DNA from: Octopus vulgaris
Taxonomy: Eukaryota
NCBI GenBank assembly: GCA_951406725.2
Contig: OX597823.1
Coordinates: forward strand, 64,542,001 to 64,606,000
Direction of reading: 5' to 3'
Length of the DNA: 64,000 nucleotides
Shown: positions 39,941 to 52,651 of the stretch, piece by piece
Layout of the letters: each line of letters starts with the position of its first letter
How positions within the stretch are numbered: position 1 is the first letter of the stretch
Made by a program: the position numbers and the translations under genes
The notes under the pieces: model-generated
The model's database searches: none
Told to the model about the DNA's origin: nothing
Seen by the model: only the letters and a program-made list of their open reading frames with translations

Positions 39941-40219
39941 ATTGTAGCATTGCATGCATATTACATGCTTACATGTCAAGGTAACTGTTTAACATGGTTA
40001 CTAGTTTAATGCCAGGGAGCTTAGCCACTCAACTGAATAATGCTTCTGTTGGTAAATTTTAGAGAGCAGCTGATTTACTTGGATAAACACCTTAAACCTA
40101 ACATATAATTATATATGCACTACACAGCGTTTTTAAGGTAATGCAAAATGTAAGTTAAAAATTTGTTTTAGTAAATATATCATTTACTAAATTCTTTAGA
40201 AATTTACTAATTTTTTAGG

Positions 40220-40389
40220 AAACAGGTATGGCTGTGTGGTAAAAAGCTTGCTTCCTAACTACATGGTTCCCAGTTCAGTCCCACTGCATGGCAGCTTGGG
40301 CAAAAGTCTTCCACAATAACTTTGGGCCAACTAAAGCCTTGTGGATAGATAGGAGGAAACAGTAAAACGTCCATCATATACAGACATAT

Positions 40390-40438
<49 letters not shown>

Positions 40439-40830
40439 TGTTAAGAAGCTTGCTTCCCAACCACATGAATCCAGGCTCAGTTTCACTGCATGGCACCTTG
40501 GGCAGGTCTCTTCTACTATAGCTTCGGGCTGACCAAAGCCTTGTGAGTGAATTTGGTAGATGGAAACTGAAAGAAGGCTGTACTATATATACTTATGTGT
40601 GTGTGTGTCTGTGTTTGTACCCCAAACATCACTTGATGACCGATATTGGTGAGTTTACATCCCTGTAAGTTAGGGGTGTTTGGCAAAAGAGACCTACAGA
40701 ATAAGCAGAAAGCTTACAAAGAATAAGTCCTGGCGTCGATTTCTTTGACTAAAAGACCCCTTTAAGGTGTGCTCCAGCATGGCCATAGTTAAATGACTGA
40801 AACAAGTAAAAGAAAAGAATAAAAGAATAT
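40220..40830 (+). mobile_element. Two tandem SINE family A copies (one partial, one near full length)
   Basis: Heads at about 40225 and 40440; tail at about 40790-40830. Confidence 0.8.
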
Positions 40831-40934
40831 AATTAAATAAATCTATAATTAAAATATAAATGACATGGTAAATAAAATTGTTTCCCTAAGGTGTTTATTT
40901 TTCATTGAGTAAAAAAATTAACCAATCTATAAAC

Positions 40935-41279
40935 CAGTGGTTCTCAACTGGAGTCCATATGGACCCTCAGGTTCAATATAAGATTTTGGGGTGTCCGTGC
41001 TGCAAAATAATAAATTGGGGATCCACAACAATATTTTAAGGGCTCCTGAAACATTTTTACTTTAGCTGTATGTATTGCAAGAAACAGAGAGGTTTCTTTC
41101 TCTACCATTGTACTTAGTTCAAACTACACAAATGAATATGTGAAAAACCCAATAGGAATTTTGGAAGAAGTTTCTATAAAACTAGTTTTTAAACATGAAA
41201 TGGCTAGCGGGGTGGGGGTCAACCGGAATAAAATAGTAATCAAAGGGGTCCATAGATAAAAAATGTTTGAGAACCTCTG
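40935..41279. mobile_element. hAT-type MITE
   Basis: TIR cagtggttctcaa / ttgagaacctctg; ggggtcc subterminal motifs. Confidence 0.7.
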
Positions 41280-41399
41280 ATCTAAATAAGGCTTTGGTAA
41301 ATTTCCTCTCTGGCTGAAGAGTTCTCAATTTTGGCATAAATGCTTCCTTATTTGCAGAATTTTGAACTGTGTCTTCAGATGGTGGTTAATTTTTTAACA

Positions 41400-42510
41400 T
41401 GCACTTTGGAATGTTAAGACTTCAAATTTAGGGAGGGAGTTTAGTCAATTAAATCAACCTCAGTCCTTAATTGGTGCTTCATTTTACTGACCATTTCTTT
41501 AAAGGCTGAGTTGATTTCAGTGGGATTTGATCCCAGAACATAATGGTTTACATATAACTTCATACTGGCTTCATATTTTGGTTTCAAATTTGACACAAGG
41601 TCAGCAATTTTGGGGTAGGGGAGAAATTGATTACATCAACCCCAGGGTTCAACTGGTAATTATTTTATTGACCCTGGGAGGATGAAAGGCAAAGATGGCC
41701 TTAGAGGAATTTGAACTTAGAACATATAGATGGATGAAATGCCACTAAGCATTTTTCCCAACAAGCTAACAATTCTTCCATCTCACCATCTTACATGTAA
41801 CTAAATATTGATTTCAAATTTTGGTACAACGCCAGCAATTTTGAGAGAGGGTTAATTCAATTACATACACTCTAGTACTTGACTGGTATTTATTTCATTG
41901 ACCCCAAAAGGATGTTAGTCAAAGTCAACCTCAGCAGAATTTGAAATCAGATCGTAGAGATGGACAAAATGCTGCTAAGCATTTGGTTTGGCATGCTAAT
42001 GATTCTGCCAGCTTGCTGCCTTACACATAACTAGATATTTCAAGGTATTTTGTCCAATATTCTATCAATTCTGCCAATCCAGCATTCGATTTTTATTTTA
42101 ATGTTAATCATGGATTATCTCTGTCTCTGTAAAAAAACCATCATCACCACCTCCACCACCGCCACCACCAACCACCAACAACAACAATAGCAATAGTTAA
42201 AAAGAAGGAATAAATTCTATACACGTGACTGCTTACCAATGAAGGAAGATGACAGATGGACAAGAGATAACAATATAGGTACTGGCAGTATAACTATTAA
42301 CTCTCCATCAAGGGAACCAATTTAACAAAGTCATTTCTCGAACTTTCAAATAATGATGCTTTTTAATTTAGCCACAAAGCTAGAAATTTTTGAAAGAAAG
42401 GGCTCACTTGATGACATCAGGCTCAGTACTTGAACAGTATTTCATTTTATTAATCCTTGAAGAATAAAAAGCAAAGCTTACCTCAGAGGGATCTGAACTT
42501 GGAATGTAAA
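41400..42510 (-). mobile_element. Head-to-tail cluster of about 4 SINE family B copies
   Basis: Repeated caactggta...gacccc...aaagtcaacctcagcagaatttgaa motifs. Confidence 0.75.
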
Positions 42511-42519
42511 CAGCTTTGT

Positions 42520-43106
42520 CACATGAATTTTAGGGGCCCCTACAAATTTTTGATTCAAGGCCCCATCCCTTCAATCAAAATTCATAATCTACACACCTTT
42601 TATTCATAGCTATATTTCATTTTATTCTATCTGAAGTTCAATATTTCATGTTATCCTAAAGAACATCTTTAAAAGTACAAGTTAAATTCATTTAGGTCTA
42701 TTACAAATTTCAATAAGTAAGACTTCCAGATATGAATAAAAGAGCAATTTTATAATCCAGGCAACTTTCAAAGACAAACACGGTGCACTTTTCACTTCAT
42801 GAAATCATAGATCAATTCAGAATAATCAAGCTGAGAGCTAAGTTCATGTTCAAAAGATATCATAGATAGTCCATAGTCTGGTATATGTTCATGTTACAAT
42901 GTAATATTTTTACAGGAAGTTTTGTAGGTACAATGTATTTCCATTTCATTTCTTTAAATTTTCAGTTAACATACTTTAATTCTTGTTCAACATCTTAACC
43001 AAGGTAAATAGATGACTCATCTCCGTACTTTGATCTTAACATGGGGCCCCTCAACCGCAGAGGCCCCGTGTGAATGCAAGGGTTGCAGGGGCTTAGCAAC
43101 ATCTCT
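42520..43106. mobile_element. Probable hAT-derived non-autonomous element
   Basis: ggggcccc subterminal motifs at both ends; TIRs and TSD not resolved. Confidence 0.4.
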
Positions 43107-43398
43107 AAATGTAAAAGTTGCAATAAATACCACAGGGCATTTCTTTTTCTTTCTGATGCTGTCTAGCTGCCACCCAACCACCACAAGTTATATCAAACTA
43201 CCTAAGCAGGGGAGACTGGCAAGAATTGTGGTTGCAGTTGTGGCTGTGTGCTTAAGAAGTTTGCTCTTGAAGTACATCAGTCACATGGTTTCTAGTTCAA
43301 TTCTTATGTTACGCTGTAAAGTCACTGGCAGTGTCATTAGAGTGTTGGATATACTGTCTCACAGTGTTTGCTCTGACTTTGCATTATCTGGTTTCAAA

Positions 43399-43543
43399 TC
43401 CCCTCAGCCCTGTCCCCTATCTCACTGCTGCTGCTGCTGCTCTTGAACCAGACATTTTGTACCATGAGTTACAAGACCAGTACAAAAAGTTGGGTTCAAG
43501 GGCAACAGCAGTGGTAACAAGATAGGGGACAGGGCTGAGGGGA
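43399..43543. repeat. 145-bp hairpin (MITE-like)
   Basis: Perfect 24-bp inverted repeat tcccctcagccctgtcccctatct / agataggggacagggctgagggga, plus inner pairing. Confidence 0.85.
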
Positions 43544-43862
43544 GAGTCATAGTGCTACTAAGAACAATCATTCACACACACACACACAAACACATGCATG
43601 TACACATGTACACACAAACACAGACACATGTGCATATAAAGAACACATAGAAGAACAGAATGGAATAAGTGGAGCAAGAGCACTCACAAAGACAGAAAGT
43701 GTCCTTGAGGAGGTCACAGATGAGTGACAGAAGATTTCCAGACAATGGACATGAGTTGGAATAAGAACAGTAATAAATGACTGAAGAATGAACTTATAGT
43801 GCGTGTGTTTATTTGGCAAAAAAAAAGACAACAAGAAACAAAAATGTTCATTCCGAAATACA

Positions 43863-43894
<32 letters not shown>

Positions 43895-44075
43895 CTGTGT
43901 CTGTGTGTATGTGTATATATATATTTATACATGTATATATATTTGCATGAATAATATATAACATACACACATGCACACACACACATCATAAAATATATCT
44001 AAAGAATTTGAATGAAACAGCTGCCTATTTTCAATGGCATCAACTGGCTTATACACAGACACACACATGCACGCA

Positions 44076-44153
<78 letters not shown>

Positions 44154-44760
44154 GTGTATTTTACTGAATGAATCAAGGTAAGATAGAAAAAGAAAATTAG
44201 TTGTGCAAAAACAAAAACAAAAAAAAAAGGCAAAGAACAAGGAAAAATCTGATAAAAACTTATGGGAGAAAAGATGTTGATGTCAAATTAGTTAATTTTA
44301 GCACAAGCTGGAGATAGATAACACATTAAATCAAGTCACCAGTCTGATGAAACAAAATTCTACTGGTTTTCATTGTTATATTCCTTTTTTTGTATCAGAA
44401 GCTTTTAAGAAATTCGTTATCTGCAACATTGTCTAAGAATTATGAGAAGTTTATCAGTTTTCAAGAAATTTCCAGTGTTTGTTTGTTACCTTTTTTTTAA
44501 TTTTTATATGTAACTTTCTTGTTCATTTTTAGTTTTCCTCCCATTTATTTTTGGTTCATGTTCTTAAATATATATATAGATATATCATCATCATCATTGT
44601 ATATATATGTGCATATGTACACATATATATATATATACACACACACACACATACATATATACATATATATATAAGTTAGGATTAATATTCCCTCAAATAA
44701 TTATTATATATATACATATACATATAATTATATATGCATATATATATATGTACATATATA

Positions 44761-44789
<29 letters not shown>

Positions 44790-44791
<2 letters not shown>

Positions 44792-47700
44792 TCCCCTATA
44801 TTACCCGCACCCTCTACTATCTCTCCCTCTCTTTCACTGGTGAAACCTTTCTCAACTGGACCGCCCCCTCCCCAACTCAACTCTAGAATATCTGTATTTC
44901 TTTCCTCTACCTAATTACGTTACTCAGTGACGATAACGAATGTCCACTGCTAACACCAGCTCCTGCCCACGGCGTGGTCAGGTTGGAAGAGAGATCAAAA
45001 GAAAAATACCACGAAAACTATCACCACCACAACAACCCTCCTCTTCTCAGGTGCCGAATCCCCCCCGTCCCCCCCACATCTCCTTCCCAGTTTTCAGAGT
45101 TGACACTATCAATGTTGGTACATTGAGAGGCAAGTCTAGTGAGATTGTAGAGATGCTAGAGAGAAGACAGGTTGATGTATGCTGCATACAAGAGGTAAGA
45201 TGGAGAGATGCTTCGGCTAGGGTCCTCACGGGCAAGGCACTTAGGTACAAACTCTACTGGCAAGGTAACACGGAAGGTGTAGGGGGTGTAGGCATTCTCC
45301 TTGCGGAGGAATGGGTGGATAAGGTCATAGAGGTTGTCAGGGTTTGTGATAGAGTGCTTAAGCTCAGGTTGGTCCTACAGAGTGGCACAGCTATGATTAT
45401 CTCAGCCTATGCCCCACAAGCGGGACTACCAAATGATCAGAAGGACAACTTTTATGATACCCTTCTGCAGGCTACTTCAAAGACTAGTAACAAGGACCTC
45501 ATCTTTGTAGGTGGAGATTTTAATGGGCATGTTGGGCGGGAATCAGGTATCTTCACTGGGGTACATGGTGGCTATGGTATTGGCACCAGAAATGATGAGG
45601 GAACTAGACTGCTGGAATTCTGTGATGCATGTAACCTTTCAATCTGCAACACTAACTTCAAGAAGCCAGTCTGCCACCTTATAACTTATCAGTCAGGAGA
45701 CTCCGCTAGCCAAATAGACTTCATCCTCACCAGACAACGGGATGCAGGGTTGCTCTTGAATACAAAGACCCTCCCGGGTGAAGAATGTATCCCTCAGCAT
45801 AGACTAATCATCAGTGACTTTAAGCTTGAGGCCAGAAGGACTCCAAGAAACAAACCAATCCAGAAAAGAAGGATTTGGAGGCTAAAGAACCCTTCGCATG
45901 GTCAGAAATTTAGGAACATACTCATCAAGAAATTTGATGAGAGGGAGGAGGAGCTTCAGACGTCAGACATAGAAGGTAGCTGGGAATTCCTACGGGACAG
46001 CTTGCTGAGTGCCACAGACCAAGTCTGTGGTTGGTGCAAAGTCCCTTCCAGACCTAGAATTACGTGGTGGTGGAATAGTGCAGTAGATAAAGCCATCTGT
46101 GAAAAGAGACGGGCCTGGAAAGCCTGGAAGGATGGGGGCAGCAGGGAACTGTACCAGATAGCCAAAAGGGAGGCTGGGCGGCAGGTATACATTGCCAAAG
46201 ATGTAGCAGAAAAGAAGAAGTTTGCCAATGTCCAGCGTCGCGAGGATCAAAGAGCTGAAGTATTTCGGATTGCCAGACAGTGTGTCAGAGAAAATAGCGA
46301 TGTTATAGGAGAGAAATGTGTCCGCATGGATGATGGGGCACTTGCTTTTACTACTAGTGAAAAGAAAGAGGCTTGGAGAAGCCATTATGAAAGACTGCTG
46401 AATGAGGAGAATGAATGGGAGGAGGAGAGCCTGCAAAATGTTGACCCAGTAGAGGGACCAGCTACACGAATAGACAGCTCCCTTGTAGATAAGGCAATTA
46501 AGGATATGAAACCAGGCAAAGCCCCTGGCCTATCAGGAATCACTGCTGAGATGCTTAAAACAGCTGGCTATGTGGGCTATGCCATAGTCACCCGCATTGT
46601 AAACCAGGTAGTTCACAATGGAGTCATACCCAATGACTGGTGCAGCAGCACCATAGTCAACTGCTACAAGGGTAAGGGTGATGCTCTAGATAGAAATAAC
46701 TACAGAGGTATCAAACTGTTGGACCAGGTGATGAAGGTCTCAGAGAAGGTCATAACCAATCTCATTAGGGAGAGAATTTGTTTAGATGAAATGCAGTTCG
46801 GTTTTGTACCAGGTAGAAGCACCACTGATGCTATATTCCTGGTCCGACAACTGCAGGAGAAGTACCTAGCTAAAGATAAACCCCTCTACATAGCTTTTGT
46901 AGACTTGGAGAAAGCCTTTGACAGGGTTCCCCGTTCCCTTATCTGGTGGTCGATGAGGAAACTGGAGATTGAAGAATGGCTAATAAGGGCTGTACAGGCT
47001 CTATACAGAGAGGCTGTCAGCAAGGTTAGGATTGGCAACGAATATAGTGAAGAATTCCGGGTAGAAGTAGGTGTGCACCAGGGCTCAGCCCTCAGTCCCC
47101 TTTTATTCATCATAGTCCTTCAGGCAATAACAGAGAAATTCAAAATGGGATGCCCCTGGGAGCTCCTCTATGCCGATGACCTAGCTCTCATAGCAGAATC
47201 ACTACCGGAACTAGAAGAGAAATTTCGGGTGTGGAAGCAAGGGTTGGAATCAAAGGGCCTTAGAATAAATGTAGCAAAGACCAAAGTATTAGTAAGCAGC
47301 AAGAGGTACTCAGCACACACCCCTCGGGTAGGTGGCCCTGCTCAACCTGTAGGAAAGGTACAGGTAGAAACTCCATAAGATGCACCCAATGTAAGTTATG
47401 GACACATAAGAGGTGCAGCAACATTAAAGGGAAATTAACAGATAAGATAGCTTTCATGTGCGGCAGATGCACAGGGACAATAGACACAACAGACACTCAG
47501 AAAACAGATTCCATCACACTCCAGGGAGAGAAACTAGAAGTAGTTGATAGTTTCCGCTACCTGGGTGACCAAGTTAGTAGCGGAGGTGGATGCACAGAGA
47601 GTATCACCACTAGAATACGAATAGCCTGGGCAAAGTTCAGAAAGCTCCTACCCCTACTGGCAACAAAAGGTCTCTCCCTCAGAGCAAAAGGTAGATTGTA

Positions 47701-48481
47701 TGATGCATGTGTGCGAACTGCCATGCTTCACGGTAATGAAACATGGGCTGTGACTGCAGAAGACATGCGTAGACTTGAAAGAAATGAAGCTAGCATGATC
47801 CGCTGGATGTGTAGTGTCAGTGTGCACGCAAGACAGAGTGTAAGCATCCTGAGAGAAATGCTGGATATAAGAAGCATCAGATGTGGTGTGCAAGAGCGAC
47901 GCTTGCGATGGTATGGTCATGTGCTGCGGATGGATGAAGAGAGATGTGTGAAGAAGTGCCACTCCCAAACAGTTGAAGGTATCAGGGGAGAGGTAGACCC
48001 AGGAAGACATGGGATGAGGTAGTCAAGCATGACCTCAGAGCATTGGGCCTCACTGAGGCAATGGCGAAGGACCGAGATCTCTGGAGATATGCTGTGACTA
48101 CAAAGACCCGGGCTGCTTTCTGCAGCAATTCCACATACCCCCTACCCATTCTAAGTACCCCGGATCCCCAAAGTACCCTGGATCCCCAAAGTACCCCGAT
48201 CCCCAAAGTACCCCGGACCTCGTTGCCCCCGTGCCGCTGACACGTTAAAAGCTCGAACCGATCGTGACCTATGCCGGACCCTCCGGCCCCTGTGCAGGTG
48301 GCACGTAAAAAGCACCCAATCCACTCACGGAGTGGTTGGCGTTAGGAAGGGCATCCAGCCGTAGAAACTCTGCCAGATTCAGACTGGAGCCTGGAGCGGC
48401 CCCTGGCGTCCCAGACCCGGTCGAACCGTCCAACCCGTGCTAGCGCGGAAAGCGGACGTTAAACGATGATGATGATGATGA

Positions 48482-48486
<5 letters not shown>
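44790..48486 (+). mobile_element. Near full-length RTE-clade LINE (APE + RT), with two frameshifts in the 3' part
   Basis: ORF 44940-47378 has APE motifs (NVGTL, IQE, GDFNGH, IDFIL) and RT motifs (QFGF, FVDLEKAFD, GVHQGS, YADD). It continues in other frames to about 48240. The 3' UTR ends in (GAT)n. Confidence 0.95.
44940..47378 (+). CDS. RTE LINE endonuclease / reverse transcriptase ORF, truncated by a frameshift near 47310
   Basis: 812-aa ORF with AP endonuclease and RT domains. Confidence 0.9.
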   Translation: MSTANTSSCPRRGQVGREIKRKIPRKLSPPQQPSSSQVPNPPRPPHISFPVFRVDTINVGTLRGKSSEIVEMLERRQVDVCCIQEVRWRDASARVLTGKALRYKLYWQGNTEGVGGVGILLAEEWVDKVIEVVRVCDRVLKLRLVLQSGTAMIISAYAPQAGLPNDQKDNFYDTLLQATSKTSNKDLIFVGGDFNGHVGRESGIFTGVHGGYGIGTRNDEGTRLLEFCDACNLSICNTNFKKPVCHLITYQSGDSASQIDFILTRQRDAGLLLNTKTLPGEECIPQHRLIISDFKLEARRTPRNKPIQKRRIWRLKNPSHGQKFRNILIKKFDEREEELQTSDIEGSWEFLRDSLLSATDQVCGWCKVPSRPRITWWWNSAVDKAICEKRRAWKAWKDGGSRELYQIAKREAGRQVYIAKDVAEKKKFANVQRREDQRAEVFRIARQCVRENSDVIGEKCVRMDDGALAFTTSEKKEAWRSHYERLLNEENEWEEESLQNVDPVEGPATRIDSSLVDKAIKDMKPGKAPGLSGITAEMLKTAGYVGYAIVTRIVNQVVHNGVIPNDWCSSTIVNCYKGKGDALDRNNYRGIKLLDQVMKVSEKVITNLIRERICLDEMQFGFVPGRSTTDAIFLVRQLQEKYLAKDKPLYIAFVDLEKAFDRVPRSLIWWSMRKLEIEEWLIRAVQALYREAVSKVRIGNEYSEEFRVEVGVHQGSALSPLLFIIVLQAITEKFKMGCPWELLYADDLALIAESLPELEEKFRVWKQGLESKGLRINVAKTKVLVSSKRYSAHTPRVGGPAQPVGKVQVETP

Positions 48487-48529
<43 letters not shown>

Positions 48530-48593
48530 ATATGTATGTATATCTATGTATATATATATACATACATATACATAGATATACATACATATATAC

Positions 48594-48639
<46 letters not shown>

Positions 48640-48704
48640 ATATATATATATACATACACATATACATATACATATATACATATCTATTTTTTTCTTGTCT
48701 TTAG

Positions 48705-48831
48705 AATCTACCTCACCTATTCTATGAAAATGAGTTGGAATGTTTTGTGTATTTCAAGTGCTTACGAAGCTACCACATAGCAAAGGATAACACCATGTGT
48801 CCACCATTCTGTGTAACTCTAAATTGTTCAG
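48705..48831 (+). CDS. CFAP65: Internal coding exon of CFAP65-like protein
   Basis: cttgtctttag|aat acceptor, cag|gtaagt donor. 127 nt, [42 protein letters not shown](G), resembling the recalled vertebrate CFAP65 segment (LY..ELE.F..YK..........TMCP.WC.T). Phase 0 to phase 1. Confidence 0.85.
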
Positions 48832-48958
48832 GTAAGTTATAAATGTATATGTGTCTATATGTTGCTTTAACTGTTGATGTCTTTGGTGGTGTTGTTTTAG
48901 GTGTTGCAGTTGAAGTTCTTGTTGCTCTTGTAGAAATTTACTTCTTTATCTACAGCAT

Positions 48959-49130
48959 AGGCGCAGGAGTGGCTGTGTGGTAAGGAGCTTGTTAACCAAC
49001 CACATGGTTCCGGGTTCAGGCCCACTGTGTGGCACTTTGGGTAAGTGTCTTCTACTATAGCCTCGGGCCGACCAATGCCTTGTGAGTGGATTTGGTAGAC
49101 GGAAACCGAAAGAAGCCTGTCATATATATG

Positions 49131-49161
<31 letters not shown>

Positions 49162-49385
49162 ATATGTTTGTGTGTCTGTGTTTGTCCCCCTAGCATTGTT
49201 TGACAACCGATGCTGGTGTGTTTATATCCCCGTCACATAGCGGTTCGGCAAAAGAGACCGAAAAAATAAGTACTGGGCTTACAAAGAATAAGTCCCGGGG
49301 TCGAGTTGCTCGATTAAAGGCGGTGCTCCAGCATAGCCGCAGTCAAATGACTGAAACAAGTAAAAGAAAAAAAGAATAAAAGAAA
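48959..49385 (+). mobile_element. SINE family A, young full-length copy
   Basis: CpG-rich complete copy. Confidence 0.9.
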
Positions 49386-49724
49386 AAATATATTTTCATC
49401 AGTATGTCTAAAACAAACATAGGTAACCCTTTGCAAGAAGCAGGCTGCATTAGATGTGGTTTATTATCAGGTGAGTTTCTCTATTAAAAGTTTTCTAGGA
49501 ATCTCTTCATGTAGGCATGCCATTCAGAAAGTCCTGTGTGTTACAAGTTACCTATGGCTGATCTAAAACCTGCCCTGCATCAGTTTGGGTTGATCATGTA
49601 TTTCCAAAGTAAAAGCTTCATTCCATGATGCAAGGGTCAGTGAAATATATCATAAGGAAAAACCAATAGTTGTCCATGCAGACAAGTCCCCATCTCTATG
49701 CCTTAATCTTGTCAAAAAGATTAA

Positions 49725-49881
49725 CCCTTTTGTTACCAACCCGGCTGAAACCGGCTCTGGCTCTGAATACAAATGTCTTGTTTTCATATGATTTGAATTA
49801 AAATCTTCCACCTAACTTTAGTGGCTGACCAAAGCCTTGTGAGTGGATTTGGTAGATGGAAACTGAAAGAAGCTCGTCGTA

Positions 49882-49924
<43 letters not shown>

Positions 49925-50260
49925 ATATGTTTGTGTGTCTGTGTTTGTCCCCCCAACATCGCTTGACAATTGATGCTGGTGTGTTTATGTCCCTGTAACT
50001 TAGTGGTTCAGCAAAAGAGACCGATAGAATGAGTACTAGGCTTACAAAGAATAAGTCCTAGGGTTGATTTGCTCGACTAAAGGTGGTGCTCCAGCATGGC
50101 CACAGTCACATGACTGAAACAAGTAAAAAATTAAGTAAGTAAATATATGTTCCTAACACTAGCTAAATGACAACTAAGTTATTTTACTAAATTCTGTGTT
50201 ATATTTTAAGTAATTGGAGGAAACACAGAGTATCTCAAAATAAATACAGTAAAGAAAGGG
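49725..50260. mobile_element. Same piggyBac-type MITE, interrupted by a SINE (about 49822-50145)
   Basis: TTAA-cccttttgttaccaacccggctgaaacc ... aagaaaggg-TTAA. Confidence 0.85.
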
Positions 50261-50684
50261 TTAAAAAGACATGAAAGGCTGATAAAACTTAGCACCAGTG
50301 TCATTTCTGTCAAACGATAATGCCTAGGGTATTTGGCTCATGATCATAAGTTCATGAGCTTGATTCCCACAGGTGCATTGCATCCTTGAGCAAGACACTT
50401 TATTTCTCATTGATCCAGTTCACTCAGCTGGTAAAAATGAGTTGTACCTATAATTCAAAGGGCTAACCTTCTCACAGTCTGTATTGTGCGGAATCAACTA
50501 TGTTAAGTGTATGCATGTCTCTGGAACGCTCAGCTACTTGCACGTTAATTTTCATAAGTAGATTGCTCTGTTGATCATATCAACTGGAACTCTCATAATT
50601 GTAAATGGCAGAGAGCAAAGCAATTCTGGTAGAATGAAAACAGAGTAGAGCATGGTAGAATTTTAAATCAAAATATAATAAGCT

Positions 50685-51097
50685 CTTTTACGCTTTTACT
50701 CTTTTACTTGTTTCAGTCATTTGACTGTGGCCATGCCGGGGCACCGCCTTTAGTCGAGCAAATTGACCCCAGAACTTATTCTTTGTAAGCCTAGTACTTA
50801 TTCTATCGGTCTCTAAAGCTGAACCGCTAAGTTATGGGAACATAAACACACCAGCATCAGTTGTCAAGCGATGTTGGGGGGACAAACACAGCCACAAAAA
50901 CATATACACACTCATACATATATATATATATATATATACATATATATGACGGGCTCTTTTCAGTTTTGGTCTACCAAATCCACTCACAAGGCTTTGGTCG
51001 GCCCAAGGCTATAGTAGAGGACACTTGCCCAAGGTGCCACATAGTGGGACTGAACCTGGAACCATGAGACTGGTAAGCAAGCTACTTACCACACACC
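50685..51097 (-). mobile_element. SINE family A
   Basis: Complete reverse-complement copy. Confidence 0.85.
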
Positions 51098-51146
51098 CAA
51101 CAAATTCTACAAGGTATTTTTTTCCTGAGATTTTAATGGTATCATA

Positions 51147-51522
51147 GGAGGCGCAGTGGCCCAGTGGTTAGGGCAGTGGACTCATGGTCGTAGGATCACG
51201 GTTTCGATTCCCAGACCGGGCGTTGTGAGTGTTTATTGAGCGAAAACACCTAAAAGCTCCACGAGGCTCCGGATGGTGGTGATCCCTGCTGTACTCTTTC
51301 ACCACAACTTTCTCTCACTCTTACTTCCTGTTTCTGTTGTACCTGTAATTCAAAGGGCCAACCTTGTCACTCTCTGTGTCACGCTGAATATCCCCGAGAA
51401 TTACGTTCAGGGTATACGTGTCTGTGGGGTGCTCAGCCACTTACACGTTAATTTCACAAGCAGGCTGTTCCGTTGATCGGATCAAGCGGAACCCTCGTCG
51501 TCGTAACCGACGGAGTGCTTCC
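51147..51522 (+). mobile_element. tRNA-derived SINE family C, young, with a 12-bp TSD
   Basis: TSD aatggtatcata (51135-51146 / 51523-51534); A box tggcccagtgg, B box ggtttcgattccc. An older relative lies at about 50320-50615. Confidence 0.88.
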
Positions 51523-52209
51523 AATGGTATCATAATTCTGTTAATCCAACACCTTTTACAGCATTTCAAAATGTATACATGTGAGCTAGTGAGTAGGATG
51601 TGGTACTCATGATCATAACATGTTTTTAAGACCACATTTCTTCTTATTTTCTCCTAAATTAGCTAAATTAGTTATTCTGACATAACATGGTATAACATAT
51701 GTATTATTTGTTTATAAAATAAACTCCCTTTTAAAACTGTAAAAGGCTATTTTTCATATTTCCTCCTAAAACATTTCAAAATTTGGTATTCTGAATCTTC
51801 AGGGTTTTCAGTTGTTATTTTGATTTGTAGGTCAGTTGAAATTTGGCCTTCTGGCACTTAGCCTTATGCTATGTTTGTGTGCATATGTGTGTGTGTTTGT
51901 GTGTTTTGGGGGTGAATCATGTTCCTTGGGATAAGAATACTGGGCCTGTAACAAATAATTCATGGAGTGAGTTCCTGGACTGGGAGATGCAAAAATGAAA
52001 ATTGGTACCAGTAAACTGTTGGTGCAGTCCTCCTTCCCACCAGTCATCATGTCCTTGATATTCCACTGGTTCAAGGCAGTAAAGTCATAAGGAGAAGGCT
52101 GAGAGGGTGACCGTGCCATATATGCGCACCTAAAACAATTGGCAAAAGTTTGGTAGAAACTACTCGGTTATACTTGTTAAGTGTGCGTGTGTGTGTGTAT
52201 GTACACATA

Positions 52210-52361
52210 CAGGCATGGTTATGTGGTAAAATGTTTGTGTCCAAGCCATATGGCTCCAGGCTCAGTCCCACTGCATAGTACTTTGGGCAAATGTCTTTTA
52301 CTATAGCCCCAGGCTGACCAAAACATTGTGAGTGAATTTGGTTGATAAAAAAAGCCTGTTA

Positions 52362-52393
<32 letters not shown>

Positions 52394-52590
52394 TGAGTGG
52401 ACTGTGTGTCTGTGTATTTGTGTTTATCCCCCACCACTACTTGACAACCATTGTTAGTTTGTTTACATCCCTGTAACTTAGCAGTTTAGCAAAAGAAACT
52501 AACAAAATAAGTACTGGGGGTCAATTAGTTCAACTAAAATCCCTCAGTGCCCCAGCATAGCTGCAGTCTAATGACTGAAACAAGTTAAAG

Positions 52591-52595
<5 letters not shown>
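52210..52595 (+). mobile_element. SINE family A, diverged
   Basis: Head, body and tail motifs recognisable. Confidence 0.75.

Positions 52596-52651
<56 letters not shown>

Noticed and set aside
44340-44375. ctgatga motif (also at about 57128 and 32335)
   Set aside because: No convincing stem II-GAAA-stem III arrangement.
44790-45000. HDV-like ribozyme expected in an RTE 5' UTR
   Set aside because: I could not assemble the nested double pseudoknot by eye; a motif search is needed.
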